From Erysipelotrichaceae bacterium MTC7 (GTDB lineage: Bacteria > Bacillota_I > Bacilli_A > Erysipelotrichales > Erysipelotrichaceae): a DNA stretch of 32,000 bases. The first letter of the stretch is position 1; each line of letters begins with the position of its first letter. Positions 16,545-25,209 of the stretch are shown here, piece after piece. The translations under genes were made by a program, and so were the position numbers. A model generated the notes under the pieces. That model searched no databases. It was not told where the DNA came from and worked only from the letters and a program-made list of their open reading frames with translations. The DNA is taken from positions 1 through 32,000 of the forward strand of contig LVZN01000012.1 of the NCBI GenBank assembly GCA_001695645.1, given 5' to 3'.

Positions 16545-16661
16545 CTTTGTATATTTCATAAATAAGATATGGTAAGATAAAAGTGTAAATAGGGGTCCAA
16601 GTTTTTATTTCATTCAATAATGAATGAAACGATACGTTAAAAAGTGTTGAGGAGGGAATAT

Positions 16662-18293
16662 ATGGTGCTTGTTAGTTGGAAAAATGCATTTGCATCTCAT
16701 CTTTTAGCACGAGGTGAAATGTATTTTAAAAAAGGTTTAGTTTCGACTGTCGAAAGGAAAGGTGATAGGTATGAAGCCAATGTTTATGGAACGAGCACCT
16801 ATGACACGTCTGTGGTAGTTAGCGATGAACTACTTACAGATGCAAAGTGTAGTTGTCCAAGTTTCAAGTTTGGAAATTTATGTAAGCATTTAGCTGCTTT
16901 ATTATTTGAATTGGAAGATGCAAAAGTAATTCCTATATATGTAGACATGAATTTAAAAGTTGACATATTTGTGGAAAAAGACAAAACAAGCACAAACTAT
17001 GCTAGATATAAACTACGTAAAGAGAATCCGTTTCAGAAGATACAAAAAAGAAATGCAATCACAAATTTGCATACATTTGAAATGACGTTAGAATCCATCC
17101 ATGATTCTTTTATTGATTATGATGAGGATTACATTGATGATGAAGCCAGTGAGTTTTATGCGGAAGAAGTATTAGAAGAAACCACACGTAGTGTATATGT
17201 TTTACTGGAAGAAAACCAAATACGAAAAGCATATGAACTTGTGATGATTGCCTTAAAAAGGCTTTCGTATAGTGATGCATCTGATGCGTTTGGTTATTTA
17301 GAACAAACGAAACAAGCGTATTGTGAATTACTATATCAAGTGATTCACAAAGCAAGTATAAAAGAAAAAAAAGAATTATTGATGCTCATTGATGAATTTT
17401 GGAAAGATAATATATGCACTCTTGATGATGTGTATGTAATTGCTTTACTGGAAGAAGCCTTTGATGAGTTATTGATTCGAGAACGATTGCATGTTCTAGA
17501 AAATTTTCTTATGTCGTATGTTGATGAAAACAGAGGATACCGAAAAAATGAAGTAGCAGTGTTGTGGTTTTTAGCTCTAGAGAAATTACTTACGAAGATA
17601 GGTCATACATACGAGATTGATCGAATTTATGAACAGTATAGTAAAACGCTAGAAATCAAGGTATATCGATTTTGGCAGTTGTTGGAACAACGAAAGGATG
17701 AACAATTGATTTCGTACCTTGAACAAGAAGTGGAGAATTTTGATTTTATCGCAAACATAGTGCAATATGCGAATCAAATAAAAGCCTGTTACAAGCGACT
17801 AAAGCGCGAAAATGATTATTATGTATTCGTCCAAAAAATACTATTCGATTTAAATGTCGGTGATTATACTATGTATCGTGATTATCGGAGTCAAGTTAGT
17901 TTATTTTGGTGGGAGCATCAAGGTTACAACATGGTAAAAAAACTGAAATTTATGGAAAGACCACGCGTGTATATACAAGAAGGAATGTATGATTTATTGC
18001 TTGATTATGCGCGAGGATTGCCTAATCAAGAAATGGATTATTATGTTGATATTTTAAAAGAGATATATCCACAAGAACTACTAGAGTATTATGAACAAGA
18101 ATTTATTCGTTTGTCTACACCGCGTACTAACGAATATGGAATTCCGCCTATCATCCACACATTGCGTATGTTGCAACGTATTGATGGTGGTAAACAAAAA
18201 GCAAAGAAGTTGATTCAAATATATGCAATGAAGTATCCAAATCGCAAACGTCTAAACCAAGAAATGCAAGTGTTTGAAAACCAATACTTGTAA
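16662..18293 (+). CDS. SWIM zinc-finger domain protein with long helical C-terminal region, function unknown
   Basis: I start it at ATG 16662 (SD GAGGAGGG). The SWIM signature is CSCPSFKFGNLCKHLAALL (CxCx(n)CxH) near residue 65. The remaining ~450 aa are rich in E/Y/L/K, with no Walker or nuclease motif seen by eye. Confidence 0.75.
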   Translation: MVLVSWKNAFASHLLARGEMYFKKGLVSTVERKGDRYEANVYGTSTYDTSVVVSDELLTDAKCSCPSFKFGNLCKHLAALLFELEDAKVIPIYVDMNLKVDIFVEKDKTSTNYARYKLRKENPFQKIQKRNAITNLHTFEMTLESIHDSFIDYDEDYIDDEASEFYAEEVLEETTRSVYVLLEENQIRKAYELVMIALKRLSYSDASDAFGYLEQTKQAYCELLYQVIHKASIKEKKELLMLIDEFWKDNICTLDDVYVIALLEEAFDELLIRERLHVLENFLMSYVDENRGYRKNEVAVLWFLALEKLLTKIGHTYEIDRIYEQYSKTLEIKVYRFWQLLEQRKDEQLISYLEQEVENFDFIANIVQYANQIKACYKRLKRENDYYVFVQKILFDLNVGDYTMYRDYRSQVSLFWWEHQGYNMVKKLKFMERPRVYIQEGMYDLLLDYARGLPNQEMDYYVDILKEIYPQELLEYYEQEFIRLSTPRTNEYGIPPIIHTLRMLQRIDGGKQKAKKLIQIYAMKYPNRKRLNQEMQVFENQYL

Positions 18294-18314
18294 TATATAT
18301 AAGGGAGATCAATC

Positions 18315-19880
18315 ATGAAATTAATGGACTATGTTAACAGTATAGAAAAAGAAGAAGTATACGAAATGTATGCGAAGTTAGTCAAAAAAACGAAAGCTTA
18401 TCATAATATTACAAGAAAGCAAATGGCACAAAATATAATAGATGTCTATGCAACCTTTGATCAAGAAATGTTTGATCGGTTTATCAATACGGAGGAGTAT
18501 AAAATATTGTATCATGCATTGAAGCAACCGTACGATATGCCACTGTTAAATACTGCTGTAGATACACTCATGGACAAAGGGATTTGTCACGTTTACTTCA
18601 ACAAGCAAAAACAAAACTTGGAGATTCAAATCTTTGATGAGTTTGTTCCTATGATCAAAACATTTGTAAAAACAGAAAAGCCGTCAAAAAAGATGCAAAA
18701 AGAAAGTGATTTCTATTTTGCATTGGTCGGCTATGTGTTTTCACAAGCTGCCTGTCCACTCAATGTGACAATGAAGAATCTTGCAAGTTTACTTGACTGT
18801 AGTGAACTGGAATTGGAACATTGGTTTTTAACTTCAAAATCGATGCCGTTCGTGATAAGTTTGATTAATGATGACACCATGTTTGAAGATGATTCATATC
18901 ATTTGGTACTAAATAACTTAACTGAACAGTATACGGAAATACTTGATGCACGCGATCAACTTGGCGATGATTTTCCCATTCTACTTTTAAGTTTAAAAGA
19001 ATACATTGAACTTGGAAAGACGTATTTATCATACTGGGACCTAAATGTTAAAAAATTCATCAAATATTTGGAAAGTATAAAGAAACTTCCACTGTTTCGT
19101 GGCGATTTACTCAACATCTTTATTGACTTGACAATGTTTTCCATGAAGTCAGATCGTTATATGGAATATTTAGTAGCGCAATTTGAACAACATTATCCAG
19201 ATAAGGATAGTGAGAAATTTATGAAAATCATGGATAAAGCATTTATGAATTCAGTGTCGGCAATGTTAGGCGCGAATAAACCAATTGAATTTATGATGTT
19301 GATGGATGGCAAAAAAGAATCAAAACAGCAACACGCGCATCTAAGTGAAAGTGATGCCAATCTTTTTTATGAATTGTATTTCGCTTTGCTTGAGTTCGTA
19401 AATAAAAAACGTAAAGTTGTTCGAAAAGGAAAACTCAAGTTGTATAAAAAAACTAACCATAATCCGATGGAAGTTGCCGCTATACGCGATGCTTTGTTTG
19501 AGGACCTTGGATTGATTGATGCATTTGTTAAAGAGAATCCTTATAAGTTTAACCAGGAAAAGTTGGATATGGTCGCTGCATTTCGTTTAGGTAAGTCGGA
19601 TATTTTTACACTTACAAGCTTTGAAAAGGAGTATACGGTTTTGCTTGGTCAACAACATCGATATGCGGTTTTGGGTTTACGAACAAACCTCGATGAAATC
19701 TATCGTGGATCACTACCAAGAGCAATAAAGACTGCCTTACTGCCATTTAAAGGGAAGATAGTTTTTGATGGTATGTTTGCAGAACTACCAATCGAGATGG
19801 GCAAAGGGATGAGAGACATGATTGATCAAGAACTTAAAGAACTTCCTTTATTAACAAGCTTTAACGTTCTATACCATTAA
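18315..19880 (+). CDS. hypothetical protein (521 aa), no recognisable domain
   Basis: Long ORF with SD AAGGGAGA, 21 nt after the SWIM gene. It has no TM segments, signal peptide or catalytic motif that I can recognise. Confidence 0.7.
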   Translation: MKLMDYVNSIEKEEVYEMYAKLVKKTKAYHNITRKQMAQNIIDVYATFDQEMFDRFINTEEYKILYHALKQPYDMPLLNTAVDTLMDKGICHVYFNKQKQNLEIQIFDEFVPMIKTFVKTEKPSKKMQKESDFYFALVGYVFSQAACPLNVTMKNLASLLDCSELELEHWFLTSKSMPFVISLINDDTMFEDDSYHLVLNNLTEQYTEILDARDQLGDDFPILLLSLKEYIELGKTYLSYWDLNVKKFIKYLESIKKLPLFRGDLLNIFIDLTMFSMKSDRYMEYLVAQFEQHYPDKDSEKFMKIMDKAFMNSVSAMLGANKPIEFMMLMDGKKESKQQHAHLSESDANLFYELYFALLEFVNKKRKVVRKGKLKLYKKTNHNPMEVAAIRDALFEDLGLIDAFVKENPYKFNQEKLDMVAAFRLGKSDIFTLTSFEKEYTVLLGQQHRYAVLGLRTNLDEIYRGSLPRAIKTALLPFKGKIVFDGMFAELPIEMGKGMRDMIDQELKELPLLTSFNVLYH

Positions 19881-19899
19881 TGTAAGAAAGTAGGTACCT

Positions 19900-20301
19900 A
19901 TGAAAAAAGTAGCATTTTTATGTGTGCATAATTCTTGTCGTTCACAGATGGCAGAAGCACTAGCAAAAAAAGAAGCAAGTGATGTGTTTGAAGCATATAG
20001 TGCAGGCACAAAACTAAAGGATCACATCAATCCAGATGCTGTAAAGATCATGAAAAAACTGTATGGCATCGATATGGAACAAACCCAAAAACCTAAGTTA
20101 TTAGGCGATATCCCAAACGTGGATATCATCATAACGATGGGATGTAATGTAGAATGTCCACATATTCCTGGAGTTTATACAGAAGATTGGGGATTGGAAG
20201 ATCCCACTGGAAAAGATGTAAATGCCTTTCAACAAACAGCAACAACGATTGAAGAAAAAGTGAAAGATTTGAAAAGAAGAATTCAAAACGGAGAACGCTA
20301 A
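19900..20301 (+). CDS. arsC: LMW-PTP-family arsenate reductase (thioredoxin-coupled ArsC type) or related phosphatase
   Basis: P-loop CVHNSCRSQMAE (CX5R-S), second Cys pair in TMGCNVECP, and EDWGLEDP. 133 aa. It starts only 19 nt after the preceding gene. Confidence 0.8.
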   Translation: MKKVAFLCVHNSCRSQMAEALAKKEASDVFEAYSAGTKLKDHINPDAVKIMKKLYGIDMEQTQKPKLLGDIPNVDIIITMGCNVECPHIPGVYTEDWGLEDPTGKDVNAFQQTATTIEEKVKDLKRRIQNGER

Positions 20302-20346
20302 GCGATAAAATCCATGCAAGAATTTCTTTTATCCATTTGTCTGAAA

Positions 20347-20355
20347 TGTTATAAT
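20347..20355 (+). promoter_or_regulatory. extended -10 promoter element upstream of purC-like gene
   Basis: TGTTATAAT lies 62 nt upstream of ATG 20417. The -35 is weak. Confidence 0.45.
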
Positions 20356-20416
20356 CCTTATAGAATGCATAATATAGTCGTTATGAAATTCTACATATAA
20401 GATGAGGAGATAAGGT

Positions 20417-21103
20417 ATGAAAACATTGTATTCGGGAAAAACAAAAGATGTATTAACAGATGATAACGGTCGTGTATTTTTATTCTTTAAAGATAGTGCA
20501 ACCGGAGAAAATGGTGTATTTGACCCAGGAAGCAACACCGTTGGTGGAAGTGTTGAAGGAAAAGGTAAAACGGGTTTAAAAATCACAAGTTATTTCTTTG
20601 AACTTATGGAAAAAAATGGAATTCCAACGCATTACCTAGGTTCTGATATTGATGCAGGATTGATGGAAGTTCGCAAAGTAACCGTACCACCATTAGAATT
20701 TGTCTTACGTTATTTTACAGCAGGAAGTATGTGTCGTCGTTTTACGCTTGAAGAAGGAATTGCGTTTGAACCGCCATATTTGGAAGTGACTTTAAAAGAT
20801 GATGAACAAGGAGACCCATTAATCAGTGAACGTTTATGCTTATTAAAAGGATTCTTAAAACCAGGACAATACGATGAAGCATTGGATGTATTAGTTAAAG
20901 TAGGGGAAGTTCTTCGTAAAGAAGTAGCGAGCATGGGTTACACGCTAATTGATTTCAAAATTGAACTTGGATATGATGAACATGGTAAGGTTGTCGTAGC
21001 TGATGAAATTACACCAGATATTTGGCGCATTAAAGATGAAAATGGAAATATTCCAAATCAAATTGAATGTGCAAACATGTTACTTGAAAAAATCGAAAAA
21101 TAA
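20417..21103 (+). CDS. purC: SAICAR synthetase family protein (PurC-like)
   Basis: N-terminal LYSGKTKDV, plus LEFVLRYFTAGS, LIDFKIELG and VVADEITPD, matching PurC blocks. 228 aa. SD GAGGAG. Confidence 0.75.
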   Translation: MKTLYSGKTKDVLTDDNGRVFLFFKDSATGENGVFDPGSNTVGGSVEGKGKTGLKITSYFFELMEKNGIPTHYLGSDIDAGLMEVRKVTVPPLEFVLRYFTAGSMCRRFTLEEGIAFEPPYLEVTLKDDEQGDPLISERLCLLKGFLKPGQYDEALDVLVKVGEVLRKEVASMGYTLIDFKIELGYDEHGKVVVADEITPDIWRIKDENGNIPNQIECANMLLEKIEK

Positions 21104-21108
21104 TTCAC

Positions 21109-21146
21109 AAACGCATTTCTATTAAAACGTAGAGATGCGTTTTCTT
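21109..21146 (+). terminator. rho-independent terminator
   Basis: AACGCATTTCT (21110-21120) pairs with AGAGATGCGTT (21131-21141) with one G:U pair, followed by a T-rich tail. Confidence 0.75.
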
Positions 21147-21172
21147 GCGATGTTTGTTGCAGATAACTTTGC

Positions 21173-21206
21173 TTGACTAAAGCAGTGACTAATGATAGTC
21201 TTTATT
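21173..21206 (+). promoter_or_regulatory. promoter with overlapping Fur-box-like operator of the iron ABC operon
   Basis: TTGACT at 21173-21178, a 17-nt spacer, and TAGTCT at 21196-21201. ACTAATGATAGTCTTTATT (21188-21206) matches the 19-bp Fur consensus GATAATGATAATCATTATC at 14/19 by hand count. Confidence 0.5.
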
Positions 21207-21251
21207 AAGGTTAGTTGTGTCTAACATTTAAGGAAAGTGAAGGTAGAATAC

Positions 21252-22262
21252 ATGAAAAAAACAATGATATCCATGCTTGCAATGGTTTTTATCATTGCAG
21301 GATGTTCAACGGATAATGCAAAAAGCAATGATGAATCAAATAGTGAAGGAACTTGGCCAGTGGTGGTTCAACACGCCTTTGGTGAAACGACAATCGAGAA
21401 AAAGCCAGAACGTGTGGTCAGCATCCAGTGGGAAAACCAAGATGTTGCCTTGGCACTAGGTGTAGCACCAGTTGCAATGTCGGCTCCTGCATACGGTTTG
21501 CAAGATGGACAAGCCATGCGTCCATGGACCCAAGAAGCATATGACAAGCTTGGGGTAGAACCAATCATCTTTGATGATGGTGATGGACTTGACTTTGAGG
21601 CAATCGCTGATGCAAATCCCGATGTAATTATTGCAGCTTATGCTGGCTTTTCAAAAGAAGACTATGAATTGTTAAGTCAGATTGCACCAACGATTGCTTA
21701 TGAAGATACACCTTGGATGATTACCTGGCAAAGTCAAATCTTACAAGATTCCAAAGGTCTTGGACTAGCAAAAGAAGGGGAAGCACTTGTCAAAGATTTA
21801 GAAAGTCAAATTGCAGACGAGGTTGCAAAATACGATGCGCTTGAAGGGAAAAGTGCGGTCTTTACTTGGTTTAACCCAGAAGATACATCAAGTTTCTTTG
21901 TATATGGAACGGGTGAAACACGTGCTAGTTATCTTCAGGATTTTGGTTTAACACTACCTACGGAAGTAAAAAAACTAACGGATGATAGCGATGTGTTTTA
22001 TGCAACGGTTAGTGCGGAACAAGCAGAAATTTTAAACGATGCAGATATCTTGGTGATTTACGGGAATAAAGATGTGTTAGAAGTCTTACAAAACGATCCA
22101 TTGTTAGGTAAAATTCCTGCCATTGCAAATGGTTCTGTTGTAGTTTTAGATGATAGTAGTGATTTTGCAACAGCAAACACAACACCAACAGCATTGTCCA
22201 TTCCATATACGATGAAAGATTATGTTAAACTGTTAGGAGAAGCAGCTAAGAAAGTAAAATAA
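21252..22262 (+). CDS. iron-siderophore ABC transporter substrate-binding lipoprotein
   Basis: I start it at ATG 21252. The signal peptide carries the lipobox IIAGCS. RVVSIQWENQDVALALGVAP is typical of FhuD/FepB-type class III binding proteins. Confidence 0.85.
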   Translation: MKKTMISMLAMVFIIAGCSTDNAKSNDESNSEGTWPVVVQHAFGETTIEKKPERVVSIQWENQDVALALGVAPVAMSAPAYGLQDGQAMRPWTQEAYDKLGVEPIIFDDGDGLDFEAIADANPDVIIAAYAGFSKEDYELLSQIAPTIAYEDTPWMITWQSQILQDSKGLGLAKEGEALVKDLESQIADEVAKYDALEGKSAVFTWFNPEDTSSFFVYGTGETRASYLQDFGLTLPTEVKKLTDDSDVFYATVSAEQAEILNDADILVIYGNKDVLEVLQNDPLLGKIPAIANGSVVVLDDSSDFATANTTPTALSIPYTMKDYVKLLGEAAKKVK

Positions 22263-22265
22263 ACG

Positions 22266-23264
22266 ATGAAGAAACGAAATGTATATCTATTTGTAATTGT
22301 ATTATTTGTTGCACTTGCAGGTAGTATCTTATTATCATTAGCACTAGGTTCAAAGAACATCCCGATTGAGGATGTTCTTCGTCGTGTGTTTAACGCATCA
22401 CAAGATAGTTTTGATGGTGCAATTATTCAACAACGTATGGTGCGAACCGTGTTTGCTTTGCTAGCAGGGGCAGCACTAGCTGTATCTGCGTTGCTGATGC
22501 AATCACTTACGCGTAATCCAGTTGCTGATCCAAGTATACTAGGTGTAAATGCAGGTGCAGCCTTAGCTGTTGTAGCAGGTATTACGTTTTTTCATATTGC
22601 TAGTGCGGACCAGTTTATTTTATTTGCGATTGTTGGAGCTGCGATTACTACAGCATTTGTGTATACCATTGCTTCCGTTGGTCGTGAGGGTGCTACACCA
22701 ATGAAACTTGCACTGGCTGGAGCAGTCAGTAATGGTGCTATTGCATCTTTGATCAATATGTTGGTGTTACCACAAGCAGAATCACTAACGAATTTTAGAC
22801 ACTGGCAAGTAGGAAGTGTCCATGGTGCAACATGGGATCATATACTCTTGTTGTTGCCATTTATCGTGTTTGGCTTTTTATTAGCCATGTATGTTGCTCC
22901 GTCACTAAATGCCATTGCACTAGGTGATGATATGGCAACTGGACTAGGGGTCAAGGTAAAACGGATTCGTTTTTTAACGGTTCTTGCAGCAGTCACCTTA
23001 GCGGGTTCCATCACTGCGCTTGCTGGTCCGATTGGTTTTGTTGGTTTGATGGTGCCGCATTTGCTGCGGTTGCTTTTCAAAGACAATATCAAACTGTTAA
23101 TCCCATTATCGATGATTACAGGAGCAACCTTGCTTTGTTTTGCTGACACGATTGGGCGTATCATTGCACGTCCTGCGGAAGTTGAAGTTGGTATTTTAAC
23201 CGCATTGATTGGAGCTCCATTATTTATTTATGTAGTAATTAAATCGAAGGTGAAGTCATTATGA
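22266..23264 (+). CDS. iron-siderophore ABC transporter permease (FecCD family)
   Basis: 332-aa polytopic protein. The FecCD-like blocks are RNPVADPSILGVNAGAAL and LTALIGAPLFIY. Confidence 0.9.
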   Translation: MKKRNVYLFVIVLFVALAGSILLSLALGSKNIPIEDVLRRVFNASQDSFDGAIIQQRMVRTVFALLAGAALAVSALLMQSLTRNPVADPSILGVNAGAALAVVAGITFFHIASADQFILFAIVGAAITTAFVYTIASVGREGATPMKLALAGAVSNGAIASLINMLVLPQAESLTNFRHWQVGSVHGATWDHILLLLPFIVFGFLLAMYVAPSLNAIALGDDMATGLGVKVKRIRFLTVLAAVTLAGSITALAGPIGFVGLMVPHLLRLLFKDNIKLLIPLSMITGATLLCFADTIGRIIARPAEVEVGILTALIGAPLFIYVVIKSKVKSL

Positions 23265-24295
23265 TAGAAAACACAAAACAAACGGTGCGCATTGGATTCA
23301 AACGCCGAAAACGTCGCGCCCAACTAGCAACCATAGGACTAGTGGTACTCGCACTTTTTTGTATGATTTTGATGTTGGTGTTGGGGAATACCAATTACTC
23401 ACTTGCCACGGTCTTTGATGTATTGTTAGGTCAAAAAATTCAAGGTGCAAGTTTTGCGATAGGGACCATTCGTCTGCCAAGAATGTTAGCCGGTGCCTTC
23501 ACTGGATTTGCCTTAGGCCTTGCTGGAAGTGTGTTTCAAAAAATGTTACGCAATACCTTAGCTAGCCCAGATATTGTAGGGGTTAGTGCTGGATCCAGTA
23601 TGGCGGCAGTCTTTTGTATTTTGATACTTGGAATGAGTGGATTTATGGTTTCTTTTGTTGCTTGTCTTGTTGGTTTACTCTGTGCCTTACTTATCTATGC
23701 ATTAGCCAACATTGGCCGTTTTTCTACATCACGCTTTGTCTTGATTGGAATTGGGATGCAAAGTGCAATTCAAGCAGTAATTTCTTATATGATGGTACGT
23801 GCTAACCAATATGAAGTTACAGGAGCCATGCGCTGGCTAAGTGGAAGTCTGAACGGAATTCAAATGAAGAGCATTCCCTTACTAGTTGGTGTTGTAGTTG
23901 TATTTACCATTGTCATATTGCTATGTGAACGCAATCTCAACATTCTTGAACTTGGTGAAGATTTAGCAACTGTGCTTGGTGTACGTATCAATTTCTATCG
24001 GATTTTATTAATTGTAAGTTCGGTTTGTTTGATTGCCTTTGCCACAAGTGTTGCAGGTCCCATTGCCTTTGTTTCGTTTTTGGCAGGACCGATAGCCGTA
24101 CGCTTGGTTGGTCCAGGTCGTTCTTATGCACTTGCTGCAGGAATGGTCGGACTCATCTTGGTACTGGCTGCTGATTTACTTGGACAGTTTGCTTTTAGCA
24201 CCCGTTTTCCAGTTGGGGTCATAACTGGTGTTGTGGGTGCTCCATACTTATTATTATTGCTTTTTGGTAAAAGAGGAAAGAAAGGAACGTTATGA
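23261..24295 (+). CDS. iron-siderophore ABC transporter permease (FecCD family, second subunit)
   Basis: 344 aa with blocks NTLASPDIVGVSAGSS and ITGVVGAPYLLLLL. Its ATGA start overlaps the upstream gene. Confidence 0.9.
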   Translation: MIENTKQTVRIGFKRRKRRAQLATIGLVVLALFCMILMLVLGNTNYSLATVFDVLLGQKIQGASFAIGTIRLPRMLAGAFTGFALGLAGSVFQKMLRNTLASPDIVGVSAGSSMAAVFCILILGMSGFMVSFVACLVGLLCALLIYALANIGRFSTSRFVLIGIGMQSAIQAVISYMMVRANQYEVTGAMRWLSGSLNGIQMKSIPLLVGVVVVFTIVILLCERNLNILELGEDLATVLGVRINFYRILLIVSSVCLIAFATSVAGPIAFVSFLAGPIAVRLVGPGRSYALAAGMVGLILVLAADLLGQFAFSTRFPVGVITGVVGAPYLLLLLFGKRGKKGTL

Positions 24296-25089
24296 AACAA
24301 CATAGTTTAGAAGCACGTCATATCGTTGCTGGATATGATAAGAAAATTATATTGGATGATGTAAGTGTCACGATACCTGATGGAAAAATCACGGTTATCA
24401 TCGGCAGTAATGCAAGTGGGAAATCGACTTTATTAAAAACGTTTGCCCGCTTACTTCTTGTACAAAAGGGTGGTATCTATTTGGATGATCAAGAAATTGG
24501 TACCATTCCAACCAAAGAACTGGCAAAAACTTTAGGTCTACTACCACAAACACCAATCGCGCCTGAAGGTATCAGTGTGTCTGATTTGGTAGCACGTGGA
24601 CGTTTTCCATACCAAAAGTTTATGGGTGGGATGAGCGACGAGGATCTTAGTGCAGTTGCAAATGCACTTGATATGATGGGTATTGCTGACTTAGCTGATC
24701 GAAGCATTGATGAATTATCTGGTGGACAACGACAACGTGTGTGGATAGCCATGGCCTTAGCGCAAGATACCGACATTCTATTCTTAGATGAACCAACAAC
24801 ATACTTGGATATCACCTATCAAATCGACATTTTGGAGTTACTTAAAGAATTAAATGAAAAGCATCATACAACCATCGTTATGGTTTTACATGATATCAAT
24901 TTATCTGCACGTTACGCGGATCATATGATCGCTGTTAAACATGGAGAGATTGTCGCTACTGGTTCACCAAGTGAAATTGTTACAGCAGAAAACATTAAAC
25001 ATGTCTTCGGTTTGGACTGTTTAATTATTGAAGACCCTGTATCAAAGACGCCGATGATTGTGCCAAAAGGTAACTACTTTACAAAGTAA
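24292..25089 (+). CDS. iron-siderophore ABC transporter ATP-binding protein (FepC/FhuC-like)
   Basis: Walker A GSNASGKST, signature LSGGQRQRVWIAMAL, Walker B LFLDEPTTYLD. Its ATGA start overlaps the upstream gene. Confidence 0.9.
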   Translation: MKQHSLEARHIVAGYDKKIILDDVSVTIPDGKITVIIGSNASGKSTLLKTFARLLLVQKGGIYLDDQEIGTIPTKELAKTLGLLPQTPIAPEGISVSDLVARGRFPYQKFMGGMSDEDLSAVANALDMMGIADLADRSIDELSGGQRQRVWIAMALAQDTDILFLDEPTTYLDITYQIDILELLKELNEKHHTTIVMVLHDINLSARYADHMIAVKHGEIVATGSPSEIVTAENIKHVFGLDCLIIEDPVSKTPMIVPKGNYFTK

Positions 25090-25209
25090 TAACATGCATG
25101 AGTATTGAACTTTTATGAATAGTTGGACATAATTTACGCTTAGCAATAAGTATACATTAATAGGTTTTATTGTTATGTATGTCGGTATACAAATGAAAGA
25201 AGAGGATTT

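Noticed and set aside
20340-20416. Purine, ZTP or other riboswitch in the purC-like leader
   Set aside because: TATAATCC...TATAAG superficially recalls a purine-riboswitch P1/J1-2. However, TATAAT is better explained as the -10 (TGTTATAAT). The conserved J2-3 UUUCUACC and L2/L3 elements are absent, and no GC-rich ZTP pseudoknot segments occur.
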